Shown: positions 7,220 through 18,123 of the stretch, in pieces
How positions within the stretch are numbered: the first letter of the stretch is position 1
How the letters are laid out: each line of letters opens with the position of its first letter
Assembly: GCA_963725205.1 (NCBI GenBank)
Contig: CAVRXR010000002.1
Location: 700,615 to 764,614 of the forward strand
Length of the DNA: 64,000 nucleotides
Direction of reading: 5' to 3'
From: an uncultured Gemmatimonadales bacterium
GTDB taxonomy: Bacteria; Gemmatimonadota; Gemmatimonadetes; Gemmatimonadales; Gemmatimonadaceae
Program-made: the position numbers and the translations under genes
The notes under the pieces: generated by a model
The model's input: only the letters and a program-made list of their open reading frames with translations
Databases searched by the model: none
What the model was told of the DNA's origin: nothing

Positions 7220-10200
7220 CTGCGTCCGCATCCGACAGGTCGGTGGGACCAGCAATTCCGCGATCGGCACCGGACTCATTCCAGCCTTCGAGAGACTCGC
7301 GTTGACCATCGGCGTCATCTGGGCACTGAAGGTGTGCCACCGCCCGACCGTCGTGGTGAGGTCTCGGCAGATCGTTCCGAATGTACGGCGCATGTCTTCG
7401 GTTGGCGCCAGATCACCGTTCTCCTGGGCCATGAACAGCTCTTCTAAGCGGCCGTGGAGCCCGGCGAAGTCGGTCGGCAACCGCCGGAAGCGCCCAGAGT
7501 TGAAGCGGTCTTCGGGCGCGACGCCGGCGAGGCTGTCGAGGCGGCCCCGCAGGGCGGTCATCGCTGGCGTCGACTTCGATGAATCGGTCGCCACGAGCGA
7601 GTCCACCCGCGCGCGGATGGCCGCTGCCGCTCGGTACCCATCGTAGGCGACTCGCATCGCGCGCATCAGCGCGAGCTGAAGGGCAACCTGCGCGCGTACG
7701 GCGGCCGCGGTTGCCGGTGACCGCGGGTCGTTCGTCACCGTGACCTTGGTCGTGTAGCTCCGACCGTCAACCGTGAGCTTCACGCCGTACGTGCCGGGTG
7801 CGACGAGTGGACCCAACGGCGACGCGGGTGTCAGCCCCGGGTTGGCGTTGATCTCGAACGAGTGCACGAACGCGGGCGGGGGATCATAGCGCAGGTCCCA
7901 GTTCGTCCGGTTCGTGCCAAGGTCTGTGGGCAGATGGGTCGGCTGAGCGATCCAGAAGTTCGGGTGCGGCGGCTCCGCGGCCTCCTTCACCGGGGCCGCG
8001 GGTATGCTGGACGAATGTCGCACCGGCGCACCGGCCGAATCGAGCACGTCGAGCGTGATCTCGCCACTCGGCTTGCTGGCGAGCCAGTAATCGATCGGCA
8101 CGCCCTCCACCGGATTCAACGCATGCGGGACGTCCGGCGGGAAGGGCGTGTTGTACCCGACATTGCGTCGGACGCGCACCGCCGGCGACGGCGTGAAGAG
8201 GTGGACGGGCTCTCGCGTCACGTCGTTCGTCATCTGGCGCAGGACCGCGTAATCGTCCAGGACCCAGATCCCGCGCCCGAAGGTGCCGACGACGAGGTCG
8301 TTCCCGGCGAAGACAATGTCGCGACACGGCGTCGTGGGCAGGTTGAGCTGGAGCGATTGCCACGCATCACCGTCGTCGAAGGAGACGAACATCCCGCTCT
8401 CGGTCCCGGCGAAGAGGAGACCCGCCCGCTTGGGGTCGGCCCGGATGACGTGCACGAAGCTCCCGGACGGTTGACCGGTTGGAAGCCCATTCGTGATGCG
8501 CTCCCAATGCTTCCCCGAGTCGCGGGTGCGATAGATGCGCGGCGTGTCGTCTCCCACGAGCAGGAGATCCACCACGGCGTACGCTTCCCCGGCGTCGAAT
8601 GGCGACGCCTCGACCTTCTCGATCACCGCCTGTGCGGGATATGGTATGCTCGGAATCGACACATCGGTCCACGCTTGGCCAGAGTCTCGTGTGAACTTGA
8701 TGAGACCGTTCGTCGTGCCCACCCAGATCGTTCCCCTCGCGACTGGCGACGGCGCGATCGTTTCGATCGCGCCTGGCGGCCCCGCAGTCTTGGATGGCGC
8801 GCTGGTGTCGGCCGGCGGCGTCATTCCTGCGGGATACGTGAGGTCAGGACTCATCCGATGCCAATGCGCACCGCCATCCGTCGTTGCCATGAGGGATTGG
8901 TAACCGGCGAGCAGGTCGCGGTGGTTCCATGGTGCCCAGACGATCGGTGCCGACAGCGAGGCTCTAGATGCAGCGCCGGGTCGACGTTGGGACTCACCGA
9001 GATCCACTGACCGGTCGGCATGTTGATCTTGTTCAAGCCGATGCCGCTCGCGTACACGGTGTTGGGGTCGAGCGGGTCGGGGACGATCGTCCCCCACTCC
9101 CACCCATTCACCGGGCTCCAGTCCAGCGGAGTGATCTCGCCCAAGTCGCCGCGCGCGCGCGTGCGCACGGCACCCGCGTCCTGTTGGGTTGCATAGACCC
9201 AATACGGGAAGCTGTTGTCCGTCGAGATGTGGTACACCTGCTCGCTGCTCTGATTGTACCAGGAGCTCCACGTGGCGCCGCCGTCGAGCGAGACGATCGC
9301 GCCCTGGTCGTAGCCGAGGAGGATGCGCTGCCCGTTGGTGGGATCGATCCAGCCCGTTTGCGGGTCGTCACCGCCAGGCGCCCCTCTGAAGCCCGTGAAC
9401 GTGACTCCGCCATCTGTGGACTTGTATGCGGCGGTATTGAAAGTGTAGACGACGTCTGGATTCGCGGGATCCACGAAGACACCGCAGTTGTACCCGCCTT
9501 GCCCATTGCGGATGCGCTTGTCGGTCGAGTCCATCTGCCGCCAGTTCGTGCCGCCGTCGTCGGATCGGAAGAGTCCGTCATTCGTGACGACGTAGATCCG
9601 CTGGGCGTTGGTGTTTCCGGCCACCGCGATCGAGGTACGGTCGTTGATGCGCGGCACGCTCGCGCCTGTGAGCTCTCGCCACGTGCGACCATCGTCGTCC
9701 GACTTGTAAATGCCCCCGCCGGTCGGTGCCTTCGGTCCGAGTGGCTCGGTGGTGTCGACGCCGCTCGGGAGGAGTGGCCGCGCATAAAAAACGGTAGTCG
9801 TGGCCAAGACAACGTCCGGGCGGTCGTGGGCGATCGCGAGCTTCGAGACGCCGGTCGAGTCGCTGACGGAGAGGGTCTTGGTCCAGGTCGTGCCGCCGTC
9901 GGTGCTTCTATAGACACCCCGTGTGTCGGCCTTCTGGAATCGTGGGCCGAGCGTCGCGACCAGGACGGTGTTCTCATCGCGCGGGTCGACGATGATCGAG
10001 GGAATGCGTTTGGAGTCGGTGAGGCCCAGATGGCGCCACGTCACACCAGCATCACTCGATCGGTAGATGCCATCGCCTGCGGTCACCTCGAGGAGCTCAT
10101 CGACCAGCTGATCACCCATGCCGACGTACACGACCTTCGGGTTGGACGGAGCGACGGCGACCGCGCCGACAGCCGATGACGACGTGACAGCGTCGAAAAC

Positions 10201-10452
10201 GGGGAACCAGGTCGCCCCGGCGCTCGTCGTTTTCCACACACCACCGGCCGGGAGGCCGACATAGAACGTGCCGGGCTCGCCGATCGCACCGGATGCGGCC
10301 GACACACGCCCACCGCGGAACGGTCCGATATTCCGCCAGGCCAGTCCGTGCAGGAGCGTGTCGCTGACCGGCGTTGCCGTCGTCGTGAGCAGGAGCGCGG
10401 CCGCGACGGCCGCGCGCGAGGCGAATGCGGAAGTGTCGGGAAACCTTACCAT
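7217..10452 (-). CDS. Sortilin/VPS10-type BNR (Asp-box) repeat protein, secreted; one frameshift near 8955-8990
   Basis: ORFs 8851..10638 and 7217..9271 join into about 1078 aa. There are 11 Asp-box motifs (S.D.G.TW, e.g. STDGGTTWTK, TTDGGAHWHRM). The signal-like start MVRFPDTSAFASRAAVAAALLL is at 10452. Confidence 0.85.
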
Positions 10453-10493
10453 GGCAGCATGGGGATTGAGTCTCGCGGGTCGTTGGGCGCGGG

Positions 10494-11579
10494 TCAGTGC
10501 GCCGCGCTGAGGTTCGTCACGGCCTTGCCGAGTAGCGCGAGCATGGCGGGTCGGTTGCCCATGGCTCCCAAGCGAACGAGGAGTGGGCCTTTGACCGCTT
10601 CGACGCCGGGGCTCGCCGGCTCTCCAGCGATGTCCCATGGCCCCGGCGGGTGATTAGTGGTGTCGCTCTGGGTGTTCGTCGTCGTTCCGGTGATCTGTCG
10701 CTGCATCGCGCGCGACCCCATGCCGATCGCAAACTGGTCCTGTTCGAACTCGAGTATGCCGTCGTGCCATTCACGGAGATCCAGGTCGTACTCGGTCTGC
10801 ATCCCGCCCGTCCCTGCCACGCGATAGATACACTCCCGCAGGCCGTTACCCCCGGGTGCTGAGCCGTTGGTCGGTGCGGCGAGCAGCTTCGTGCCGAGGG
10901 CGGCTTCGGCATCGGCCTGGGGCACAATCGTGCACATGTTGATCGCACTATCCTGAGCATCGGCCGCGTAGAGTTTCTGTCCCGCGGGAATCCCCGCCTC
11001 GCCGTCGATCGGCAGCGGATGGTCGAGGCGCTGCACGCCCGAGTTGAGCAGCGCACCGGCGCCGGCCATGGTAAGGCGCGTGCCGGTCCAATCGAGCTCC
11101 ACGTGCCGGTCGCCTTTGAGTACGTGCAGGACACAGCACGACATGGGGCCCTGCGCGATCTGATCCCAGGCACCCACGAGCGTGTCACCGCTCGAGAGGA
11201 CGGTTTGGCCCGTCTTCTCCTCGCCCTGCTTCGTGGCCTGATCGGTCACGCTGCGTCCCAACCCAATCATCTTCATCGCTTCTGGGCCGCCGCTCCAGTC
11301 GACGCTCACCAGCATGCGGCGATGATCCGTCGTCTCGTATCGGCAGGTCGACGATCCGGATTCCGGCCTGAAGGTGCCGTGGTATGGCGGCGCGGCGAGC
11401 GTCCCGATCGCCTTGGTGACGTCCGCGGTGTCGAGTAGGCCGCAGGAGTCCCCGCCGGACGCATCGGCGTTGCCTGTCTGCTTGAGTTGTTTGAAGAACT
11501 GGCTTTCGTTTTTCTTCTCGCCGCATCCGGTGGCGCAAGCGAGGAGCACGAGGACGGCCACTACCGGTCGTGTCGGCAT
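10494..11579 (-). CDS. Lipoprotein of unknown function
   Basis: 361 aa, MPTRPVVAVLVLLACATGCGEKK with lipobox LLACATGC. Confidence 0.8.
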   Translation of the reverse strand: MPTRPVVAVLVLLACATGCGEKKNESQFFKQLKQTGNADASGGDSCGLLDTADVTKAIGTLAAPPYHGTFRPESGSSTCRYETTDHRRMLVSVDWSGGPEAMKMIGLGRSVTDQATKQGEEKTGQTVLSSGDTLVGAWDQIAQGPMSCCVLHVLKGDRHVELDWTGTRLTMAGAGALLNSGVQRLDHPLPIDGEAGIPAGQKLYAADAQDSAINMCTIVPQADAEAALGTKLLAAPTNGSAPGGNGLRECIYRVAGTGGMQTEYDLDLREWHDGILEFEQDQFAIGMGSRAMQRQITGTTTNTQSDTTNHPPGPWDIAGEPASPGVEAVKGPLLVRLGAMGNRPAMLALLGKAVTNLSAAH

Positions 11580-11828
11580 AGGGTGCGTCTCCGGATTGGG
11601 CGTTGCCAGCCAGCTCTACCAGCCGATTCGGTCTGCGGCGACGACAGCGTGGCGCCCCGTCGTGAGGCGCGGGTCATCCACTAGTCGCTCAACGCTGTTG
11701 CCGAGTGCCGGGCCGCGGGTCTTTGAAGGTGCTCGGTCCTTCCACCCGAGTCAACCATAGAGGTGGTGCGCGCACACCCGCGTTGCTCTCGACTCGTCAA
11801 CTCCGCCGGGGAACCACCCCAGAGGCCG

Positions 11829-12335
11829 TCATGGCCTATCGTGCGGGCGACGGAGGATGGCAGCGAGGATGGGGATGTCCTGTCGATCCTGCGGACGGTT
11901 GGCGGCCTTCTTTGAACGGATAATGTCTTCGAGGCTCGCCACGAGGATACGCACGCCGAATGTCTCGAACGGAACGGCGGTCTGCGACAGATCGGGGTAG
12001 CCGCTGGTGCCCGAGGGCTCGAACGCGACGTCGAGCCGCCCCGCCGTTGTGACGAGGTTCCAAACGGCCGCGCGGCCCAACGTGGGCGCCGAACAGTCGA
12101 AGGTGAGACCACCGGGTACGCTCTCGGTATAAACTCTCGCGTCCAGCTCCCGAAGCGCAGCAGCCAGCGCATCGAGATTGTCGGCGTCACGCGCCGGCGT
12201 GATGTCGATGTCCGCGGTGACGCGCGGAAACCCCTGCAAGCGCGCCGCGAGAGCACCGATGAGGACGTAGCGCACGCGATGCTGCGCCAGCGCTCGGATG
12301 ACCCGCTCAGGATCGAGCGGCGCGACCTCAGACAC
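11829..12335 (-). CDS. Minimal nucleotidyltransferase-fold protein (putative toxin partner)
   Basis: 168 aa, LIGALAARLQGFPRVTADIDITP (G..A...G....T.DID motif). It overlaps the upstream HTH gene by 8 nt. Confidence 0.8.
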   Translation of the reverse strand: MSEVAPLDPERVIRALAQHRVRYVLIGALAARLQGFPRVTADIDITPARDADNLDALAAALRELDARVYTESVPGGLTFDCSAPTLGRAAVWNLVTTAGRLDVAFEPSGTSGYPDLSQTAVPFETFGVRILVASLEDIIRSKKAANRPQDRQDIPILAAILRRPHDRP

Positions 12336-12654
12336 GTCGTGCGCCCGCGAGGAATCGGCTGACGGCCGCCACCTCGCGCAAGCGGTCCTCCGGGGACAGC
12401 CGAAGGATGCGCGCCACGTCCCCCATCATGTGGCTGCGGGCCGTCGGGCGCGGCACGATCTCCGCCGCCAAGTCAAAGCCGGCCGCACGCAGCAGCCGTT
12501 GCAGCGTATCCCACCCCGGGCTGGTCGCGCCACGTTCGATCCGCGCGACAACCGACTGCGTCGTACCGGCCCACTGGGCCAGTGTCCGCTGGCTGAGGCC
12601 CGCTCGTTCCCGGGCGGCCCGTAGCAGGGTGGCAGGTGTGCCGGCGTGCGGCAT
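12328..12654 (-). CDS. XRE-family helix-turn-helix protein (putative antitoxin partner)
   Basis: Starts at the internal Met. LLRAARERAGLSQRTLAQWAGTTQSVVARIERG is a classic HTH_3 signature. Confidence 0.8.
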   Translation of the reverse strand: MPHAGTPATLLRAARERAGLSQRTLAQWAGTTQSVVARIERGATSPGWDTLQRLLRAAGFDLAAEIVPRPTARSHMMGDVARILRLSPEDRLREVAAVSRFLAGARRV

Positions 12655-12659
12655 CCCGT

Positions 12660-12688
12660 ATGATAGCTTTTTAGCTCTCGCGCCGCAA
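12660..12688 (-). promoter_or_regulatory. Candidate promoter giving a near-leaderless HTH/NTase transcript
   Basis: On the minus strand: TTGCGG (12688-12683), 17 nt, TATCAT (12665-12660), 5 nt, then ATG at 12654. Confidence 0.3.
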
Positions 12689-12830
12689 CCGAGCGACCGG
12701 CACCGCGCGCCTGACCGTGCGGCTCGCGCGTCGGGCCGAATAGCCGAACTTGTTTGGTCTATAATATTAGAGTACACTCCAACATTAGCGGCGGAGGCAC
12801 CCTCATCACCCACGAAGGGAAGGAGGTCTC

Positions 12831-13289
12831 ATGGCTACCATCACTCGCGAGACCACGCGCACCGCACACCTGCTCGCGCTCATGCAGAAAGGCGACGACG
12901 CGTTCAACGCCCGTGACTTCGCAGCGGTAGACGCCGTCCACCACCCCGACATGGTCGCGCACATCCCGGGAACGCACAGCCGATCTACGGCAGTGTCGCA
13001 CACGCCGCGGCAATGCAGCAGAATGTGGCGCATCTTCCCCGACATGCACGTGAACACCCCGTACCCGATCCAGTGTGGCACCGGTGACTGGATCACGGTG
13101 GTGACCCGCGCCACGGGGACGTTCACTGGAAAGATGGTCCTCCCCAACGGCAAGGTCATTGCCCCGACGGGAAAAGCGTTCGACGTGGAATTCGGTCAGA
13201 CCACGAAGTGGGACGGCGATCGGCTGATCGTCATTTCGGCCTTCTTCGACGCCGCTCTGCAGGCGAAGCAGATCGGGCTCGCCGGGTAG
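12831..13289 (+). CDS. SnoaL-like ester cyclase family protein
   Basis: 152 aa, FPDMHV...GDWITVVTRATGTFTG...PTGKAF, with a GGAGG RBS 7 nt upstream. Confidence 0.85.
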   Translation: MATITRETTRTAHLLALMQKGDDAFNARDFAAVDAVHHPDMVAHIPGTHSRSTAVSHTPRQCSRMWRIFPDMHVNTPYPIQCGTGDWITVVTRATGTFTGKMVLPNGKVIAPTGKAFDVEFGQTTKWDGDRLIVISAFFDAALQAKQIGLAG

Positions 13290-13977
13290 CCCGCGTTGCG
13301 CGCACGGTGAGGTCGCCGCCCTCGCGGCCCGCTGCGTCCAGCCGCGACGGCGGCGATGCCGTCGACACACTGAACCAGCGGTCGAGCTCGTCGAAGACGC
13401 GCTCGATGCTTCGCGAGAGCTCGCGGGCGATCCTGGTCTGGCCCTGGCCGTCACGAGTGCGCCGGCCCGCTTCGCTGATGATGATCTCAAATACGCTGGC
13501 AAGTGCGACTCCGTGCAGCCTCGCGATTTCGGGCGTCACACGAGTGGTGTCGCTGATCACGGCTGCGAGTGAGCGGGCTAGACGATCGATCAGCTCCAGC
13601 ACCAGTCGGTGGACCGTTGGACTGATGGCCGCGAGGTAACCGATCTCGCCGCGCCAACCCTCCGATGGAATGTCGCGAATGCCTCCAACAATCTCGAGAA
13701 CAAACTCGCGGATTGCTGCCGCCGGCGTGGTGCCCGGTGCCCGAGATCGGAGCAACAGGCAGAGCTGCTCCTCGATCTGCCGCTCACGATCGGTGACGAG
13801 TTGCTCTTTGGTCGGGAAGTAGTTGTAGACCGTTTGCTCGGCGACATCGGCCTCGCGCGCCACATCGCTGACGGCGACATTGTCGTACCCTCGTTCGGCG
13901 AAGAGGCGGGCGGCGGCGTCAGCGATCCGTTGCCGAGTGCGCGCCTTCTTGCGCTGGCGCAATCCGGTGCTGGGCAT
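13231..13977 (-). CDS. TetR/AcrR family transcriptional regulator
   Basis: RKKARTRQRIADAAARLFAERGYDNVAVSDVAREADVAEQTVYNYFPTKEQL. The 3' tail overlaps the convergent cyclase gene. Confidence 0.85.
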   Translation of the reverse strand: MPSTGLRQRKKARTRQRIADAAARLFAERGYDNVAVSDVAREADVAEQTVYNYFPTKEQLVTDRERQIEEQLCLLLRSRAPGTTPAAAIREFVLEIVGGIRDIPSEGWRGEIGYLAAISPTVHRLVLELIDRLARSLAAVISDTTRVTPEIARLHGVALASVFEIIISEAGRRTRDGQGQTRIARELSRSIERVFDELDRWFSVSTASPPSRLDAAGREGGDLTVRATRATRRARSASPAERRRRRPK

Positions 13978-14208
13978 CGAGGCAATTTACCGCGGCTGAC
14001 CCCTTTGAATGGGATCCGGAGCGGAAGTAAGCTGGATGCGTGACGCGCTTGCGGCGCATCTCCAATGCCACCGGCCGCAGGATTGGCGCCGCTGCCTGAA
14101 CGGGTGTCGCCCCGTAGGTACCACACCACCTAACGTCCTCTGGCAGACACTGGTGCGGTCGCGAGCAACCGTACCAACTATCATGACTGCGCTCATGGAG
14201 ATTTCACG

Positions 14209-14619
14209 ATGACCGACGCAGAAGCCCAGACGCGAGGCAAGGCGACGCTCACGGGTGCCGAGCCTCAACTCGTCGTCTCGGATATCCCGGCGTCTATCGA
14301 GTTCTTCACGAAGAAACTCGGATTCGTGGTGGCCTTCAGCTATGGTGACCCGCCGTTCTATGTACAGGTTGTCCGCGACGCGGCGCGGCTCAACCTCCGT
14401 CATCTCGATACGCCGCGCTTCGACCCCGCACTTCGTGACCGAGAGCAACTTCTGACGGCATTGATTACGCTCGCCGATGCCAAGCCGTTGTTCCTCGAAT
14501 ACCAAGCCGCGGGTGTCGAGTTCGTGCAGCCGCTCAAGACTGAGCCGTGGGGCGCGCGGACCTTTATCGTGCGCGACCCCGATGGCAATCTGATCCTGTT
14601 TGCGGGTCACGGCGAGTAG
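14209..14619 (+). CDS. VOC (glyoxalase/bleomycin-resistance) family protein
   Basis: 136 aa, SIEFFTKKLGF...PWGARTFIVRDPDGNLILFAG. Confidence 0.9.
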   Translation: MTDAEAQTRGKATLTGAEPQLVVSDIPASIEFFTKKLGFVVAFSYGDPPFYVQVVRDAARLNLRHLDTPRFDPALRDREQLLTALITLADAKPLFLEYQAAGVEFVQPLKTEPWGARTFIVRDPDGNLILFAGHGE

Positions 14620-14715
14620 ACGCTCGAGCCGATCGGGCGAGTTGCTCAGTTTGGATGGGGGGGTCGCTCATGACTTGGGCCCCCGGGGTTTGATAGCTGT
14701 CCGCCGCGCCGACGC

Positions 14716-16101
14716 GTGTCCTTTGCGGTGAGACGAATTGCGGGCGCTTCGATTACGCTGTTAGAATCCGACAATCCGGAGGCAATCGTGAGCGCAACTC
14801 AGCCGCGCGTGGTGATCATCGGCGGAGGTTTCGGCGGACTCTCTGCGACGCGCGAGTTGGCTGGGGCTCCCGTCAGCGTGACGCTCATCGACAAGCGGAA
14901 TTACAATCTCTTCCGTCCCATGCTGTACCAGGTGGCCACGGGGCTGTTATCCGCCGATGAGATCGCCGGGCCGCTCCGTTCGATCCTGAGCCGCCAGCAA
15001 AATGCCGAGGTGTTGCTGGACGAAGTCAGCGGCATCGACATGGACAAGAGGCTCGTGCATTTGAAAGAGCACCTGGTGCCGTACGACTTCCTCGTGCTCG
15101 CGACCGGAATTCAATACAACTACTTCGGTCACGACGAGTGGCGGGGCACGGCGCCGGGCCTCGCATCGCTCGACGACGCCGACCTGATTCGTGGCAAGGT
15201 CCTGATGGCCTTCGAACGTGCCGAGGAGATTGCGGCGCTCGATCAGGCGGACACGGCGAGGATACGCCAACTCCTCACATTTGTCCTCGTCGGTGCGGGG
15301 ACGGTGGGCGTGGAAATGGCGAGCACCCTGGCGGAAATGTCGCGCATGGCCCTGGCGCACGATTTTCGCCACATCGATCCTCGGGCGGCGCAGATCCTCG
15401 TGTATGAGGCGGCCCCGCGTGTGCTTCCGACGTTTCCGGAGGACCTCGCGACCAAGGCGCAGCGCCATCTGGAGAAACTCGGCGTAAAGGTGCATACGAA
15501 TACACGCGTCACCGACGTGGACGCGGCTGGGATCGTCGCCAATGGCGAGCGGGTCCCGGCCGCGACCGTGTTGTGGAGCGCGGGCGTGCTGGCGTCTCCC
15601 GCCGGCCGATGGCTGGGAGCGTCCATGGACAAGTCGGGAAAGGTCATCGTGGGCTCGGATCTTTCTGTCCCGGGCCATCCTGAGATTTTTGTGATCGGCG
15701 ACACGGCCCACGTCGTGGCGCCGGCGCGGAATCTGTTGGGCCTGAAGGTGAAAGAGCCAATGGTCATGCCCGGAGTGGCGCAGCCGGCCATCCAGGAGGG
15801 TCAATACGTGGCCGGCCTGATTCGGCGTCGCGCCCGAGGCCAGGAGCCACCGCGGCCTTTCTGGTACTGGGACAAGGGCGATCTGGCGATCGTGGGCCGC
15901 ACCTACGCCCTCGCCGATCTTCGGTTTGTGCGCTTCGCGGGATTTTCAGCCTGGATCGTCTGGGCGGTTGTGCACATTTATTTCCTGATCGGATTCGCGA
16001 ACCGTTTTTTCGTCATCCTGCAATGGGGAATTGCCTTCTTCAGCAAGCGGCGCCAGGTGCGTGTGTTCCCCGGACAAGAAGATGCCGCCGACACGCCCTG
16101 A
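14716..16101 (+). CDS. ndh: Type II NADH dehydrogenase / NAD(P)/FAD-dependent oxidoreductase
   Basis: 461 aa, RVVIIGGGFGGLS dinucleotide fold, a second GAGTVGVE motif, FVIGD, and a C-terminal membrane anchor. Confidence 0.9.
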   Translation: MSFAVRRIAGASITLLESDNPEAIVSATQPRVVIIGGGFGGLSATRELAGAPVSVTLIDKRNYNLFRPMLYQVATGLLSADEIAGPLRSILSRQQNAEVLLDEVSGIDMDKRLVHLKEHLVPYDFLVLATGIQYNYFGHDEWRGTAPGLASLDDADLIRGKVLMAFERAEEIAALDQADTARIRQLLTFVLVGAGTVGVEMASTLAEMSRMALAHDFRHIDPRAAQILVYEAAPRVLPTFPEDLATKAQRHLEKLGVKVHTNTRVTDVDAAGIVANGERVPAATVLWSAGVLASPAGRWLGASMDKSGKVIVGSDLSVPGHPEIFVIGDTAHVVAPARNLLGLKVKEPMVMPGVAQPAIQEGQYVAGLIRRRARGQEPPRPFWYWDKGDLAIVGRTYALADLRFVRFAGFSAWIVWAVVHIYFLIGFANRFFVILQWGIAFFSKRRQVRVFPGQEDAADTP

Positions 16102-16117
16102 GTCCCACGAAGCGCAG

Positions 16118-16975
16118 ATGAAACCGACGAGGAGCGGCTACGCTGACGTCAACGGCATCAAGCTCTATCACGAGATCTACGGCGCGGGCGAACCGCTGGT
16201 GTTGATCCATGGTGGGTTGACGACGATCGGCCAGATGCAGGGATGGGTGCAGCCGCTGGCGCACACGCGGCGGGTGATCGCCGTGGAGATGCAGGGCCAT
16301 GGCCGCACCGCGGACACGGACCGGCCGATGACTTACGCCACGATGGGCGACGATATCGCGGCGCTGCTGGACCACCTGAACATCCCCAACGCAGACGTGG
16401 TCGGCCATTCGTTCGGCGGTTCCAGTGCGATCCGCACGGCGATCCAGCATCCGGGCAAGGTGCGGCGGCTGGTGGTGATCTCCGCGGCGTATGCGAGGTC
16501 CGGGTGGTATCCGGAGGCGCAGAAGGGGATGCGCCAGGTCGGCGCGTCGATGGCCGAACAGATGATGCATACGCCGACGGGCAGATTCTCGAGAGAATGG
16601 CCCGAGCCGCAGCGCTTTCCGCAGTTCCTGGACAAGATGGGGAAGATGATCAGCGACGACTATGACTGGTCCGCTGGGATCGCGAGGCTCGCGATGCCGG
16701 TGCTGCTGGTCTTCGCGGACAACGACTCGATCTCGCAGCGGCACGTGGCGGAATTCTTCGCGCTCTTGGGCGGCGGCGTCACGGAGCCCGGCTGGGTGAA
16801 CACGCAGCTGTCGAAGTCACGGCTGGCGGTCGTGCCGGGCTACAGCCACTACAATTTCCTATCCTCGCCGGAGGTGCCCGAGTTGGTCGGGAAGTTCCTG
16901 GCCGATCCGCTCACCAATCCGCCGACCGGCGCGACGCCCGCATCCCAGGCCGCCTCCGGCCGCAGCAACTCCTAA
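16118..16975 (+). CDS. Alpha/beta hydrolase
   Basis: VNGIKLYHEIYGAGEPLVLIHGG...VVGHSFGG nucleophile elbow. Paralog of 36775..37686. Confidence 0.9.
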   Translation: MKPTRSGYADVNGIKLYHEIYGAGEPLVLIHGGLTTIGQMQGWVQPLAHTRRVIAVEMQGHGRTADTDRPMTYATMGDDIAALLDHLNIPNADVVGHSFGGSSAIRTAIQHPGKVRRLVVISAAYARSGWYPEAQKGMRQVGASMAEQMMHTPTGRFSREWPEPQRFPQFLDKMGKMISDDYDWSAGIARLAMPVLLVFADNDSISQRHVAEFFALLGGGVTEPGWVNTQLSKSRLAVVPGYSHYNFLSSPEVPELVGKFLADPLTNPPTGATPASQAASGRSNS

Positions 16976-17115
16976 GTGGTTTGGCGCTCTCCCTGAGCGC
17001 CCAGAGGACATTCTCAGAGTCGACGCGGCCCACAGCTGCACGTATACTTCGGGTCGGGTCCCGCATGTTGTGTCGGGCGCTAGCTCGCTTCTCTGCGGAT
17101 CGTCGGAGAAACCCA

Positions 17116-17427
17116 ATGAACCCTGCTGTCATTCAAGCACTTGCGGGCCTGGCCGCCGCCGTGCTCGGACTGGGGGGACTAGGGTTTGTCAGTCTGATGT
17201 GTTTCCCGTCGTTCCGCGGCGCTATCGTTGAACGCATGCGCCAACGGACACTTCGCCAAGCCGACGCGACGGACGTGGCGGCGCAACTGGCGGCCCTGCG
17301 AGGTGAGGTGTACGCGCTGCGGGCGGAGCTCGCCCAGGGCGCGCGGCCGGTCGGGTCTTTGAAAGATCAGGGAGAGGACCTGTCTCTCCCAGCCGGCCGA
17401 CAGGATCGCTTACCCGGCAAGAGCTAG
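17116..17427 (+). CDS. Small membrane-anchored hypothetical protein
   Basis: ATG at 17116, one hydrophobic helix (ALAGLAAAVLGLGGLGFVSLMCF), then a coiled-coil-like tail. Confidence 0.4.
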   Translation: MNPAVIQALAGLAAAVLGLGGLGFVSLMCFPSFRGAIVERMRQRTLRQADATDVAAQLAALRGEVYALRAELAQGARPVGSLKDQGEDLSLPAGRQDRLPGKS

Positions 17428-17559
17428 CGCTCGCGCGTCAGACAGGCGCCGGTCCACGACCCGGGACAATTCTGGGACAATCCAACCAGCATCGTGCTGC
17501 TTCATTACGAGAGGCGCGATCAGGTGAGTACCAGCACCGTCATGGCGCGATCCCTTGGA

Positions 17560-17910
17560 TTACTGGATCCCAACGATTGTGTACAGCGCCGCGATGAAAT
17601 GGCGACGCTCCGCCTCGGTTGCGAACGACCAACTGAGCGCTCCGTCGTCGGAGACCCGGGAGCCGTCGCCGGGCGTGGGCAGCGAACCGAAGCCTTTGGA
17701 CATCTTCGCCAGGTACTCGAACAGAAACTCGCCCGCCCGGCGTTCTCCGAAAGTGAATCGGACACAATACTCCGGCGACGCCGTCTCTACGACCTGCATG
17801 AATTGCCCGGGGTCGAAGCCCCAGTTCGGCGCAGCATCGCGCATCGCCTTCCGGAGCGGTCCGCCCTCGTGCGGGAGGGCTGTGCGCATCGCGTACTCTA
17901 TTGCTGCCAT
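17560..17910 (-). CDS. Hypothetical protein
   Basis: 116 aa with balanced, protein-like composition. The competing ORFs in other frames are Arg/Ser-rich. Confidence 0.55.
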   Translation of the reverse strand: MAAIEYAMRTALPHEGGPLRKAMRDAAPNWGFDPGQFMQVVETASPEYCVRFTFGERRAGEFLFEYLAKMSKGFGSLPTPGDGSRVSDDGALSWSFATEAERRHFIAALYTIVGIQ

Positions 17911-18123
17911 GTGATGTGGCCCCTTCCGGCCAGGAGTCGGGCACTCGCGCCAGCTCCTGCCTGTGCAGGAGTCGATCGCACCCGGTATCCCTGAGATATA
18001 CCGACTTACGCGGTTGAGTGGCGGGGGTGGGTCGAGCGCCCATGCCCGCCCTGGGCAGCTTCGAAGAGATCCGGCTCCTACATGGCTCCTGGCGAGTCGG
18101 AGCTCTTGGGCTCAGAATACGAC

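Noticed and set aside
7862-10179. Plus-strand ORFs of 382 and 403 aa (7862..9010, 8968..10179)
   Set aside because: They lie antisense to the BNR/sortilin gene, which carries 11 Asp-box motifs. Their composition is Arg/Asp/His-rich.
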